In this document: positions 63,800 through 64,000 of the stretch, piece by piece
How the letters are laid out: each line of letters opens with the position of its first letter
How positions within the stretch are numbered: position 1 is the first letter of the stretch
Assembly: GCF_964194155.1 (NCBI RefSeq)
Contig: NC_135886.1
Span: 119,350,001 to 119,414,000, forward strand
DNA: 64,000 nucleotides
Origin: Cetorhinus maximus
Lineage: Eukaryota
Reading direction: 5' to 3'
The notes under the pieces: generated by a model
What the model saw: only the letters and a program-made list of their open reading frames with translations
Told to the model about the DNA's origin: nothing
Databases searched by the model: none
Translations under genes and position numbers: made by a program

Positions 63800-64000
63800 G
63801 AAAATAGGAGCAGGAGTAGGTCATTCAGCCTTCGAGCCTGCTCCTCCATTCATTATGACCATGGCTGATCCTTTATCTCAAAGCCTTACTCCTACGCTCT
63901 CCCCACACCCCTTGGCGCCTTTAGAGTCCAGAAATCTATCTATTTCCTTCTTAAATATATTCAGTGACTTGGCCTCCACAGCCTCCTGTGGCAGAGAATT
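63800..64000 (-). mobile_element. CR1 family A 3' end
   Basis: ataggagcaggagtaggtcattcagcc tail in reverse orientation. Confidence 0.85.

Overview
Repeat-rich vertebrate genomic DNA, most likely from a cartilaginous fish (inferred from the SINE, LINE and Penelope-type repeat families). Two spliced genes can be built from the sequence. (1) Minus strand: an HSP47/SERPINH collagen chaperone gene with a non-coding exon 1, a TATA box and a perfect heat-shock element near 15.4 kb, and three coding exons (3335-3917, 3126-3224, 2266-2498). One intron is GC-AG, and the last (RDEL) exon lies beyond the left edge. (2) Plus strand: an uncharacterised gene of about 600 aa with 8 coding exons (35044-48388), a helical N-terminus, a long Ser/acidic linker and a single extended Tudor domain whose methyl-arginine cage is degenerate (RNF17/TDRD-like, identity unresolved). 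Most of the remaining DNA is transposon-derived: two CR1-type LINE families, L2, RTE, Tx1, SINEs, Penelope ends, several solo LTRs with target-site duplications, Harbinger and hAT remnants and MITEs. Notable structures include a twin-primed (5'-inverted) Tx1 copy inside a dimeric 64-bp tandem array, two local inverted duplications, and a hairpin with a Quaking-type element next to the HSP47 exon 1 donor. Repeat family names are from motif recognition only, and repeat boundaries are approximate unless a TSD is given.
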